A stretch of 64,000 nt of DNA from Lysobacterales bacterium (GTDB lineage Bacteria; Pseudomonadota; Gammaproteobacteria; Xanthomonadales; BPKI01), in assembly GCA_033582715.1 (NCBI GenBank), contig JAVQZZ010000001.1, positions 486,843 to 550,842 of the forward strand, written 5' to 3'. Each line of letters begins with the position of its first letter. Position 1 is the stretch's first letter. The translations under genes were made by a program, and so were the position numbers. Positions 1-10,333 of the stretch are shown here, one piece after another. The notes under the pieces were generated by a model. It had not been told where the DNA came from and made no database searches. It saw only the letters and a list, made by a program, of their open reading frames with translations.

Positions 1-107
1 CGCTCGAGCGCCACGCCTTCCGCCATCCCGAGAGCTGGTACGACCAGTACCGGCGCGTGCTCGCGCTCTTCGAGCGGGTGCTGCTCGAGGCGGGCGAGGA
101 CGGCTAG
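1..107 (+). CDS. 3' end of an unidentified CDS (truncated by window edge)
   Basis: Frame starting at nt 3 reads ...LERHAFRHPESWYDQYRRVLALFERVLLEAGEDG, then TAG at 105-107. Codons are GC3-rich. Absent from the ORF track because it has no start inside the window. Confidence 0.3.
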   Translation, partial: LERHAFRHPESWYDQYRRVLALFERVLLEAGEDG

Positions 108-126
108 CGGCCTATACTGCGGCGGC

Positions 127-3100
127 ATGGCCGCCGCCCGGTCCGTCCCGCCGTTCCTGCCGCTCGCGCTCGGAACGGTCGCCGCCGGCTGCGCCCCGCT
201 CGCGCCGCCGCCCTTCGCCGCAGCGCTGCTCCTGCTCGCGGCGGGCCTGGGGCTCGCGGCGCCGTCGCTCGACCGCGCCTCGCCTCGGCGGGCACTCGCC
301 GGCCTTGGCTCGAGCCTGCTCGTCCTCGCCATCCTCATGGCGCCCTTCCTTCCGGCGCTGGCGGCGGCGAAGGGCCTGCTCGCCGCGGCCCCGGAGCCCC
401 GGGCGCTGCTGTGGCTGACCGCGCTGCTCGCCCTGCTGCTCGGCGGGTGCTGGCTGCTCGCACCCGCGCCGGTGCTCGCCGTCGAGCGGGGTTGCGCCGT
501 GGCGGGCGGCGGGCGCGGCGCTGCGCTGGCACGGCGGAACCCTCGACCTGGCCGCGGCCCTCCCGGCCGGGCTGTTCCTGCTGGCCCTCGGCTTCGCGGC
601 GGCCGCGCTGGCGGCGCCCGACGCGGCGCGTCCTACCGCTCGGCATGGCGGCCCTCGCGCTCGCCGCTCCCCGTGGTCGCCTGGCTGCTGGCGAGGCGGA
701 TCGCCGGACCGCGGGCAGGCGCTGCCAGCGGCACCTCCCCCACCGCCGGCCGCGGCGGTCGTCCCGAAGCCGACCGCCGATCCCGAGGGGCAGCTCTACG
801 AGGCGGCGCGCCGCGGGCGGGTGGACGAGGCGCTCGCCCTGCTCGAGGCGGGCGTCGACGCGCGCGCCCTGCCGCGTCCCGGCGAGCCCGACCAGCGCAG
901 CCTGATGCAGATCGCGGTGACGCTCCCGGACCTGCGCCTGCTCAGGGCGCTGATCGCGCGCGGGCTCTCGGTCAACGAGGAGCACGGCGGGCTCACGCCG
1001 CTGATCTGCCGCGCTGCGGGACAGCCGCCAGGGTCGGCTCGAGGCGGTGATGATGCTGCTCGCCAACGGTGCCCGCGTCGATGCCTGGGATCGGGAGCGC
1101 AACCAGCCGGTGCACCACGCCGCCCGCTGCCTCGACCCGGCGGTGATCGCGGCCCTGCTCGATGCGGGAGCGGATCCGGAGGCGCTGAACGGCGAGGGCC
1201 TGAACGCGCTGGCGGTGGCGCTCGAGGCGCAATGCTGGGACACGGCGCAGTTCCTGCTTCGGCGAGGGAGTCCGCAGCGAGCCCGAGGGTGGCTGCCCGG
1301 CGATGGTCGCGGCGGTGCGCGGCCTCGAGGACGACCCCACCGGCGTGCGTCTGCTCCGGCGTTTCCGCGCCCGGCTCGAGGCGGCGGACCGCCTCGGCCG
1401 GCGCGCCCTGCACCACGCCGCGCTGCACGGTCACCTGCGGATCTGCGAGGCGCTGCTCGAGCTCGGCGCGGACGCGAACGCGCAGGACGCGCACGGCGCG
1501 ACGCCGACGATGGAGGCGGTGCGGGGCGGACATCTGAGGGTTCTCGAGCAGCTGGCGCTGGCGCGACCGGATCTCGGATTGCGCGACGCCCTCGGCCGCA
1601 CCGCGCTCATGATCGCGGTGGCGAGCAAGCATCCGGATCCGGCGATCTGCCGCCTGTTGGTGGCGATGGGCGGCGACCCGCACGCTCCGGGGCCGGACGG
1701 CAGGAGCGCGATCGAGCAGGCGCGAGCCCTCGGCCGCCACCCGTTGGTCGCGGCGCTTGGATCCGGTCCTGGCCGCGCGCGAGGGAGTGGAGGCGGGGGA
1801 GGAGGGCGCCGAGCGCCGGCGAGCCCGTCGACCGACCCGCTGACCGTTGCTGGCGGCGGCGCTGGCGCGTGGCCGGCTCGCGCTCGCCGAGCCGCTGCTC
1901 GCGATGGTGCGCCGAGCGCGAGCCGGCTCGCTGCGCTCGCCCTCGAGACCACCGACCCGGAAGTCCTGCGCTGGCTGGCGGCGCGGGCCGGCATCACCGC
2001 CCGCACGCCGCTTCCCGACGGGCGCCTTTTGGGGGCGGCGCTGGCGGAGGAGCCCGGCGCCTGGCGGCGGCTGGCGGTGCTGGACGGAGGGCGGGAGCCG
2101 TTCCTCGGTCGCGGGCGTCTTGCGGAGCTCGATCCTCGCCCTCGGCGAGGCCGGTGAGCTGCCCGCGGCCGAGCGCTTCCTCATCGAGCTGCTGGAGGTC
2201 GGGGCCGACGCCTTCGGTCGCCGGGCCGCGCGGGATCCCGCCGCTCCTCGCCGCCGTCGCGGCCGGCTCCCTGCCGCTCGCCGAAACCCTGCTCGGCCGC
2301 GGCGCGGATCCCAACGCCGGCGATGGCTGACGGGCGGACGCCCCTGGCCGAGGTGCTGGCCCAGCGGCTGCCCAGCCGGCGTGGCTGCGCCCCTGCTCGC
2401 TGGCCGAAGGAGCGGATCCCGGGCGCCGCGATGCCGCCGGCGAGACCCCGCTCGGCTGAAGCGCTCGAGAGCCGAGCCTGCGCGAGGCCCTGGCCTGGCT
2501 GCACCCCGAGCGCTGGCGCTGGCCCGGACGCCCGGTCCGGGGCGAGGACCTGATCGACGCGGCCCGCCTCGGGGATTGCCGCGCGCTCGAGTGCCTGAGC
2601 GCCTGCGGCCTTCCGCTCGACGCCCGTGACGCCCAGGGCGCCACCGCCCTGCTCCACGCCGCCGGCCTCGGGCGGCGCGAGGCGGTGGCCTGGCTGCTGG
2701 CGCATGGCGCCGATCCCGACGGCCCGTGCCGCCAACGGGGCGAGCTGCCTGAGCGCGGCGATCGTCGGTCGCGATCCGGCGGTGATCCGGATGCTGCTGG
2801 AAGGAGGGTGCCGATGCCGAGCAGCCGCTGGCCGGAGGTGCGAGCGCGCTGTTCGTCGCCGCCGCGATCGGCGCGGCCGACGCGGTGCGGTTGCTGCTCG
2901 GCTTCGGCGCGAGGGTGGATCGCACGGAAGAGACCGGGCGCAGCGCGCTGATGGTCGCCGCCGAGGCCGCCTTCCGCGCCAGCCTTGGCGGCGAGGGCGC
3001 GGAGGGCTACGAGGCGACGATCGCCGCCCTGCTCGAAGGCGGGGCCGATCCCGCGGCAGCGCTCGCCTCGCGGCGACACCGCGCTCGCGCTGTTGCTCGG

Positions 3101-3431
3101 CAGCCGCGTCCAGCCCGGGCGCGCCCCCGTGGAGGCGTTGCTGCTGCCTGCGCTGGAGCGCCTGCTCGCCGCGGGGGCGGATCCCGACGCGCAGGACGAG
3201 CGCGGGGTCGGGCCGCTGCACGCGGCCGCGATCCACGGCCTCGCCCGCTGCACGGGTCGGCTGCTCGCGGCGGGCGCCGACCCCGAGCGCCGCGACCGGC
3301 TGGGCCGACGTCCCGCCGATCTCGCCCGCCTCCTCGGCTACCCGGCGCTGTGCGCGCTCTTCGAGCAGTTCCGCGCGCCGCGGCCGGAGCGCGGGCGTTC
3401 ACGATCGGATCGGGATTCGCCGCTAAGCTAG
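127..3431 (+). CDS. Large membrane-anchored ankyrin-repeat protein (~1,100 aa), interrupted by at least 8 frame breaks
   Basis: Hydrophobic N-terminus (MAAARSVPPFLPLALGTVAAGCAPL..., TM-like stretches to ~nt 700) followed by many ankyrin-type repeats. Examples: GRRALHHAALHGHLRICEALLELGADANAQDAHGATPTMEAVRGGHLRVLEQL and GVGPLHAAAIHGLARCTGRLLAAGADPERRDRLGRRPADLA. The sensible reading passes through track ORFs starting at 127, 821, 1047, 1303, 1847, 2885 and 2985 (frames 1,2,0,1,2...). Stop TAG at 3429-3431. Confidence 0.75.
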
Positions 3432-3465
3432 CTCGCATCCACCGCGTGACGACGGGGGCTGGCCG

Positions 3466-6400
3466 ATGGTCCGAGGACTGATGGGGCTGCTTGCGCTGCT
3501 CCTGGCCGCGCCGGGCGCGCAGGCCGGAGCCGTGCCGGACATCGCGGAGACTTGGCGACGGGCGCCGCGGGTCGGCGCTGCCGCCCTTCGACCGCGCCGC
3601 GGCGCTGGTCAAGGCCGAGGCCGAGGCCAAGCCCGGCGTGCCTTTCCGCTTCGCCGAGCCGCTGGCCGGCGAGGCGCTGCTCGAGGCCGTGGGCAAAGCG
3701 CCTTGTCGGGCGCTGGGAGGAGCGTCCCGGCGGCGGCCGGCGCTGGCTGCTCGCGCTCGAGGCGCCGGGCGCGGTCAACCTCAACTTCGAGCTCAGACCC
3801 TTCCGTCTGCCCTATGGCGCGCGCCTGTGGATCGCGGATGGCGAGGGACGCCAGGTGCTCGGCCCCTACACCGACGCCGACAACCCCGAGTCCGGGGCCT
3901 TCTGGACGCCGATCCTCGATGGCGAACGGGCGCTCTTCCTGCTCGAGCTTCCGCCGCAGGCCGGGCGGCTCGAGTTCGCGATCGCCGGCATCCAGCGCGG
4001 CTTCCGCGACCCCTTCGCGGCCAAGGCCGGGTCCTGCAACATCGACGTCGTCTGTCCCGAGGGCAACGACTGGCGCAACGAGATCCGCGCCGTGGCCTCC
4101 TACACCATCGGCGGCAGCGGGCTGTGCTCGGGCACCCTGATGGCCACCACGAACCCCGGCGAGAACCGGGTGTTCAGCACCGCCAACCACTGCGTGAGCT
4201 CGGCGAGCCAGGCCGCCTCGGTGGTGCTCTACTGGCGCCACGAGCATCCCACCTGCCGACCGGTGAACTCGAGCGAGAACGGCCTCGGGTCGATCGGGCC
4301 GAACAACCCGAACGCGATCCCCCAGACCGGCGGCGCGGCGCTGCTCGCGAACCACCCCGACAGCGACTTCACGCTGCTTCGCCTCAACACCACCCCGCCC
4401 GCGGCGGCCAACGTCTTCCTCAGCGGCTGGGACCGGCGGGCCAACCCCCGCACCGACGGCGCCACCGGCATCCATCATCCGCAGGGGCACGAGAAGCGCA
4501 TCTCCCACACCCAGCAGACGCTCGTCCGGCAGGACCAGCCGACCGCCAACCTCGGCCAGCGCCACTGGCGGGTGCCGTTCTGGAACCAGGGCACCACCGA
4601 GCCGGGCTCCTCCGGGAGCGGGCTCTGGAACCGCGACAAGCGGCTGATCGGGGTGCTCTCGGGCGGCTCGGCCTCCTGCGGCAACCCCGGCGGCTTCGAC
4701 ATCTACGGCCGCCTCGAGACCGCATGGGAGGGCGGAGGCTCCGCGAGCAGCCGCATGCGCGACCATCTCGACCCGGCGGGCACGGGGGCGGAGTTCCTCG
4801 GCGGCGGCGGCTGCCCGGCGCCCGGCCTGAATCTCGAGGTGCTCACCGCGACGCCGCGCGCCGGCCAGCCGGTGACGCTGCGCGCCAGCGCCAGCGGCGG
4901 CGCCGGCGCGCCCTACACCTTCGAGTGGGACGTGGACGGGGACGGCCAGATCGACCGCCGCGGATCCCAGGCCGAGATCGCCCCGCTCTATCCGCAGGCG
5001 ACGAGCACCCAGATCCGGGTCTTCGTGCGCGACGCCGCCGGCTGCACCGCGCTCGCCAGCCGCGCCCTCGACGTGGCCGGTCCGCGCCTCGACTTCAGCG
5101 TCGGATCGGTCAGCCAGCTTTGCGGCGACGGCGACGGGATCTTCGACCCGGGCGAGCGGTTCCGGGTGCCGATCACCGTCACCAACGTCGGCGGCGGCCC
5201 GATCGGCGCCGGGCGGCTGCTGTTCCAGGCGCTCGCCGGCCAGCGCACCAGCGGTGGTCCGGACGGCTTCGGCTACACCTACGCCGACCAGAACGACGGT
5301 GCGCTCTGCCCCTTCCAGTTCGTCGACATCAGCGACGGCGCCAGGCTCGCCGTGTCCCCGGCCGGCAGCGTGCCGGCCGAGGACGATGGCCGGGCGGGGC
5401 CGGTCGCCCTCAACTTTCCCTTCGACTTCTACGGTGCGAACGTGGGCAGCGTCGTGATGTCCACCAACGGCTACCTCAGCACCTCCACGGCCGACACCGG
5501 CGGTCAGTTCGAGGTCAACTGCAGCGGGGCGCTGAGCCGCGGCAGCGTCGGCGGGCGGATCGATCCGCTCCAGTTCGACTGGCTGTACCAGCCGGGGGAG
5601 GGGCCGACCCGCGGCCTGTTCCACCGCTTCTTCGCGCAGTGCCCGCGCCCGGCGCAGGCCGGCGCCGCCAACGCCGCCTGCCACGTGTTCCAGTGGAACG
5701 GGATGCGCGCCTTCAGCGGCGATCCGCCGGGAAGCTACGACTTCCAGGCGATCCTCTACCAGGGCAGCCACCAGATCGTGTTCCAGTACCGCTCGACCGA
5801 CCCGGACCAGGGCAAGGGCGCCCACGTCACCATCCAGGATCCGCAGAACGCCCGGCGACTGCCCTACAGCTGCCGCCAGGCGGGACGGATCGGACCGGTG
5901 CGCTCGGTGTGCTACTTCCATCCGAGCGCGCAGCCGGCGGGGGGCGGCGCCGCGGTGCGGCTCGAGACCCCGGCGCCGTCGCTGCCAGCGCTGGCGCCCG
6001 GCCAGCAGGCCGTGATCGCGGTCGACTTCAAGCTCGCCGACGGTGCCGCCTGCGGCAGCCCGATCCGCTTCCGGATGCTCGGGGCGACCGACGGCCCGAG
6101 CTTCGCGCTGGTGCAGGGCGGCGCGCGAGATCACCGGCCAGATCGGCGCCGGCTGCGCGCCGGTCGCCGGCTGCCCCTTCGCCCCCGCCGCGCTCAACCC
6201 GCAGCAGGGGCTGTTCGCCAATCCCGCGCGCTACGGCAACGGCTTCGGCAGCGTGCTGGTGCCGAGCCCCGAGGGGCGGGTGTTCCTCGGCGCCTGGTTC
6301 ACCGGTCTCGCCGACCGGACGCCGACCTGGTACGCGATCCAGGGGCTGCTCGCCGACAACCAGGTCGCGGCCCCGATCTATCGCTTCCGGCGGGTGAGCG

Positions 6401-6932
6401 ACCAGCCCTTCCAGGCGGCGCGCGAGATCGTCGGCGAGGCCCACGTGGTCTTCACCGAGGCGGACCGGCACTGGGTGTGGTGGTCGCTCGCCGGCCGCGA
6501 GGGTCTCGAGCCGGTCTCCGTGCTCTATCCCTTCGGACGGCCGGCGGGGCACCGCACCCAGAACTGGTTCCACCCGGCGGAGTCCGGCTGGGGCATCGTC
6601 TTCGACGAGCATCTCCTCGACGGCCAGCCCGAGCTGGTGCCGATCGCCTACCTCTACGGCGCGGACGGGATTGCGCGCTGGAGCCTCGGCGACACCCGCC
6701 AGGTGAACGGCGCGACCATCGCCGCAGCGCACCTTCCTGGTGCACTGTCCGGGCTGTCCCTCCTTTGCCGACTTCCTCAGTTTCCCGCTGGCGGCCGGCA
6801 GCCTCACCCACGCCTTCTCCGGCCGGTCGAGCGGTCAGGTGACGCATCGACGTCAACTGGCCGGCTGGAATCGGCGGCAGCTTCCGGCGCAGCGCGCCGC
6901 TCGCGATCCAGCCGCTCGCTCCCCCGGAGTGA
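3466..6932 (+). CDS. Secreted lysyl-endopeptidase-like (peptidase S1, Achromobacter protease I / Lys-C type) serine protease with PKD-like domain and long C-terminal extension; frame-broken
   Basis: Signal peptide MVRGLMGLLALLLAAPGAQA. Catalytic region is colinear with Lys-C proteases: SCNIDVVCPEG...TANHC (His)...SDFTLLRL (Asp)...TEPGSSGSG (Ser)...DHLDPAGTGAEFLGG. PKD-like segment TFEWDVDGDGQIDRRGSQAEI...VFVRDAAGC. Reading moves through frames 1,2,0,1,2,0 (breaks near 3545, 3700, 6120, 6730, 6845). Last segment ...RIDVNWPAGIGGSFRRSAPLAIQPLAPPE ends at TGA 6930-6932, overlapping the next ATG. Confidence 0.8.
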
Positions 6933-7408
6933 TGGCGCGGCTGATCCTCCTGCGTCACGCCAAGGCCGAGCCCGAGCGGCCCGGGGGCGGCGATTTCGCC
7001 CGCGCCCTCACCGCCAGGGGGCGAGAGCAGGCGCGGCAGGCGGCGGCCTGGCTGGCGCTCCAGCCGGAATGGCCGCCGGCACGGGTGCTCTGCTCGCCCT
7101 CGCGCCGCACCCTCGAGACCGCGGAGCCGATCCGCGCCGGGCTCGCCGCGGCGGCCTTCCGCGAGGAGGCGGCGATCTACGAGGCGAGCGCGGAGACGCT
7201 CCTCGAGCGCATCGCCGCGCACCTCGAGGAGGCCGAGCCGCTCTTGCTGATCGGCCACAATCCCGCCCTGAGCGAGGTGCTGGAGCGGCTCTGCGCGGAG
7301 GATCCGCGCGCCCGCGAGGCGCTGCCCACCGGGGGAATCGCCGTGCTCGCCGTCGAGCGCGTGGCGGCCGCGGGCGCGCGCCTGCTGCGTCGCTGGTCGC
7401 CGCCCTGA
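6932..7408 (+). CDS. sixA: SixA-like phosphohistidine phosphatase (histidine phosphatase superfamily)
   Basis: MARLILLRHAKAEP... (RHA catalytic motif), ...LLLIGHNPALSEV. About 158 aa, intact. ATG overlaps the upstream stop (TGATG). Confidence 0.8.
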   Translation: MARLILLRHAKAEPERPGGGDFARALTARGREQARQAAAWLALQPEWPPARVLCSPSRRTLETAEPIRAGLAAAAFREEAAIYEASAETLLERIAAHLEEAEPLLLIGHNPALSEVLERLCAEDPRAREALPTGGIAVLAVERVAAAGARLLRRWSPP

Positions 7409-7425
7409 GGGCACGGGCGGGGACG

Positions 7426-7965
7426 ATGCTGCTGCTCCTCGCCGCCGCCGGCGCGGCGGCGGAGGAGGGGCTCCGCCGCTGGGCGGCGGAGCGCTCGCAT
7501 GCGGAGTTCGAGGCCCGGCGGTTCGGGGTGCTGAGGAGCAGCGGCCGCTTCCCACGGCTCGGGGGCGGTCTTCGTCGCGAGGGCGGTCGGGTGGTGATCG
7601 AGGCCACGATCGAGGTCGCGGAACTCGAGGGGCTGAGCGGCCGGGAGCGCCGCTACGCCCTCGGCCCGGACTTCTTCGACGCCCTCAACCACCCGCGGAT
7701 CCGCTTCCGGAGCGATCCCCTGCCGCCGGAGATTCTCGCCCTTGGCGGCGCGCTCCCCGGCTGGCTGAGCATCCGCGGGCTCAGCCGGCGGGCGAGCTTC
7801 GAACTCGCGCCGCCCGCCTGTCCGGACGCCGGTCGGGGCTGCCCGCTGGAGGCGCGCGGGGAGATCCGCCGCTCCGCCTTCGGCCTCGGCCGGGGCGCGG
7901 TCGGCCTCGGCGATCGCGTCGCCCTGCGGCTGGTGGTATGGCTCGAGCCGGAGCCGGGTCCGTGA
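7426..7965 (+). CDS. YceI-family periplasmic polyisoprenoid-binding protein
   Basis: Signal-like MLLLLAAAGAAA, then ...SHAEFEARRFGVLRSSGRF...DALNHPRIRFRS...LSIRGLSRRASFEL, typical of YceI-like proteins. Intact. Confidence 0.75.
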   Translation: MLLLLAAAGAAAEEGLRRWAAERSHAEFEARRFGVLRSSGRFPRLGGGLRREGGRVVIEATIEVAELEGLSGRERRYALGPDFFDALNHPRIRFRSDPLPPEILALGGALPGWLSIRGLSRRASFELAPPACPDAGRGCPLEARGEIRRSAFGLGRGAVGLGDRVALRLVVWLEPEPGP

Positions 7966-9689
7966 GAGCGCTGCCCGCGATCCTGCTGCTGCTCGCCGCC
8001 TGCGCGCCGGGGCCGCGGCTCGTCGAGCGGGCGCTGCGCCAGGCCGAGGCGCTGCGCAGCGCCGAGATCGAGGCCGCGCCTGCCGTGCCCTCGCCGCTGC
8101 TCACCGTGGCCGCCGCCGATCCGCTCACGCCGCGCGCGCTGCCGGTGGAGCGCGGCGAGGAGGCGCTCCTGCTGCGCCTGCACCTGATCCGCGCGGCGCG
8201 GCAGAGCATCGAGCTCCAGAGCTACATCTTCGCCGCCGACGAGGCCGGGAGGCTGATCCTCGCCGAGCTCCTCGCCGCCGCCCGCCGCGGGGTGCGGGTG
8301 CGGGTGCTCGCCGACCAGCTCTTCTCCCTGCCCGACACCGCGCTGCTCGCCGGGCTGGCCGCGGCCCATGTCGGCTTCGACCTCCGGCTGCACAACCCGA
8401 CCTTCCGCCGCGCCCGGACCTCGGCGCCCGAGTTCGCGGCCGGGATCCTGTGCTGCTTCCGCAGCTTCAACCAGCGGATGCACAACAAGCTGCTCCTCAT
8501 CGACGGGCGGCTCGCGCTGCTCGGCGGCCGCAACGTCCAGAACCGCTACTTCGACTGGGACCCGGACTACGACTTTCGCGACCGCGAGGTCCTGGTGGCC
8601 GGTCCCGCGGTCGCGGCGATGCGCGAGTCCTTCGAGTCCTTCTGGAGCGACCGCGGCAGCCATGCCGTGGCGCGGCTCGGCGGGGTGGCCGAGCGCCTGG
8701 CCCGCGGGCCGCCGCCCGCCCTGACGCTCGCCCTCGCCGAGCCCTGGGCGAGCCGCGCCCTTTGGCTGCGCGCGCAGGCGGACGATCCCGTGCCGGATCG
8801 CCCAGCTCTTCCTGCCCCGCTTCCGCGCCGTGGCGCGGATGCGCTACTTCTGGGACCGGCCCGGCAAGGGCTGGCGGCGCGATCCCGAGGTGCGGGACTT
8901 CACCGCCGCGCTGAAGGGGATCATCGCCGGCGCCGAGCGCGAGATCGTGCTGCAGACGCCCTACCTGCGTCCTGAGCCGCCGCGCGCGGGCGCTGTTCGC
9001 GGAGCTCGCGCGGCGGCCGGTGCCGCCCAGGGTGCGGGTCTCGACCAACAGCCTCGCCGCCACCGACGCCTTCTTCGTCTACGCGCTGTCGCACAAGTAC
9101 AAGCGCCTGTACCTGCGGCGGCTGGGCTTCCGCATCCACGAGTGGAAGCCCCATCCCGCCGATGCGCCCCGGGTGCTCGCGGGGCTCGACTTCCTGCGCG
9201 GCCCGCTCGCCGTGGCGCCGCCGGGGCCGCGCCTCGGGATGCACGCCAAGACCCTGGTGGTGGACCGCCGCCTGGTGCTCATCGGCTCGCACAACTTCAC
9301 CCCGCGCTCGGCGGACCTCAACACCGAGAACGGGGTGCTGATCGAGGATGCGGACTTCGCCGCCCTGGTGCTGGCCGAGATCGAGCGCGACCTGGCCGGG
9401 GAGAACGCCTGGCGGATCGCGCGCCGCGAGCGCCTGCCCCTGCTCGGCTGGCTCAGCGCGCAGACTCGCCGAGCTCTCCGAGGCGCTCCCGATCTTCGAT
9501 CTCTGGCCCTGGCGCTACGCCACCAGCTTCGAGAAGCTGCCCGGCTGCCCGGAGCTCGAGCCCGAGGACGAGGGCTTCCGACGCTGCTACCGGGAGGTCG
9601 GCGACTTCCCGGAGGCGCCGCTGCCGCTCAAGCGCCTGCCCACGCTGCTGGTCACCGCCTTCGGCCTCGGGCTCGAGCCGATCCTCTGA
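7938..9689 (+). CDS. Phospholipase D family lipoprotein with two HKD motifs; 3 frame breaks
   Basis: Lipobox LLLLAAC. First HKD: RMHNKLLLIDGRLALLGGRNV. Second HKD: GMHAKTLVVDRRLVLIGSHNFTPRS. Reading goes through track ORFs 7938 (frame 0), 8830 (1), 9020 (2) and 9348 (0); stop at 9687-9689. Confidence 0.8.
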
Positions 9690-9755
9690 GCCGCGCTTGT
9701 CCCCGCGGGCTGCGAGGGGGTAGGCTCGCGGCCGGCCTCTGCCGGAGCCTTGCCC

Positions 9756-10329
9756 ATGAGCCTCAAGCTCCACTTCGATCTCGACGAGCAGGATCTCGCC
9801 CATCTGCGCGAGCTCGTCCGGGCCGCGGGCGCGGCCCGCGAGCAGCTCGACGAGCGCGAGGTCATCGCCTCGGCGCGAGCCAGCCTCGCCGACGCGCGCG
9901 CCGCCGAATCCCCCGCACTTCATCCGCGAGCGGCTCGACCGGCTGGAGCGGATGATCGCGATGGTCGAGGACCGGGGCTTCGCGCTGCCCGAGCCGGAAC
10001 GCCAGCACGTGCTCTCCGCCCTCACCTACTTCGCGGATCCGAAGGACCTGATCCCCGACAGCGTGCCGGTCTTCGGCTTCCTCGACGACGCGGTGATGGT
10101 GGAGCTCGTGACCCGCGAGCTGCGGCACGAGCTCGAGGCCTACGAGGACTTCTGCCGCTTCCGCGAGCTCGAGGCGCGCCGCCGCGGCGTCGATCCTTCC
10201 TCGCTCGAGCGCGCGGCCTGGCTCGAGGCGCGGCGCCGCGAGCTGCATCTCAGGATGCGCCGCCGGCGCAAGGCGGAGCGGGAGCGGCTGCTGGCCTCGG
10301 GACGGGGACCGCGGCTGCGCCTCTGGTGA
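9756..10329 (+). CDS. DUF1232 (YkvA-like) domain protein; 1 frame break near 9910
   Basis: ATG at 9756 is 9 nt after GGAG. C-terminal part ...HVLSALTYFADPKDLIPDSVPVFGFLDDAVMVELV is the DUF1232 signature. The N-part (MSLKLHFDLDEQDLAHLRELV...) lies in a different frame. Confidence 0.6.
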
Positions 10330-10333
10330 GGCG

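Noticed and set aside
796-2925. Very long antisense or alternative-frame ORFs throughout the track (e.g. 796..2925-, 3609..6221-, 10250..11440-, 43615..46248-, 48150..51332-, 56193..58229-, 60316..61716-).
   Set aside because: Their translations are Arg/Pro/Gly/Ala low-complexity strings with no motifs. They lie opposite or out of frame to genes with clear family signatures. Stop codons are simply rare in ~73 % GC DNA.
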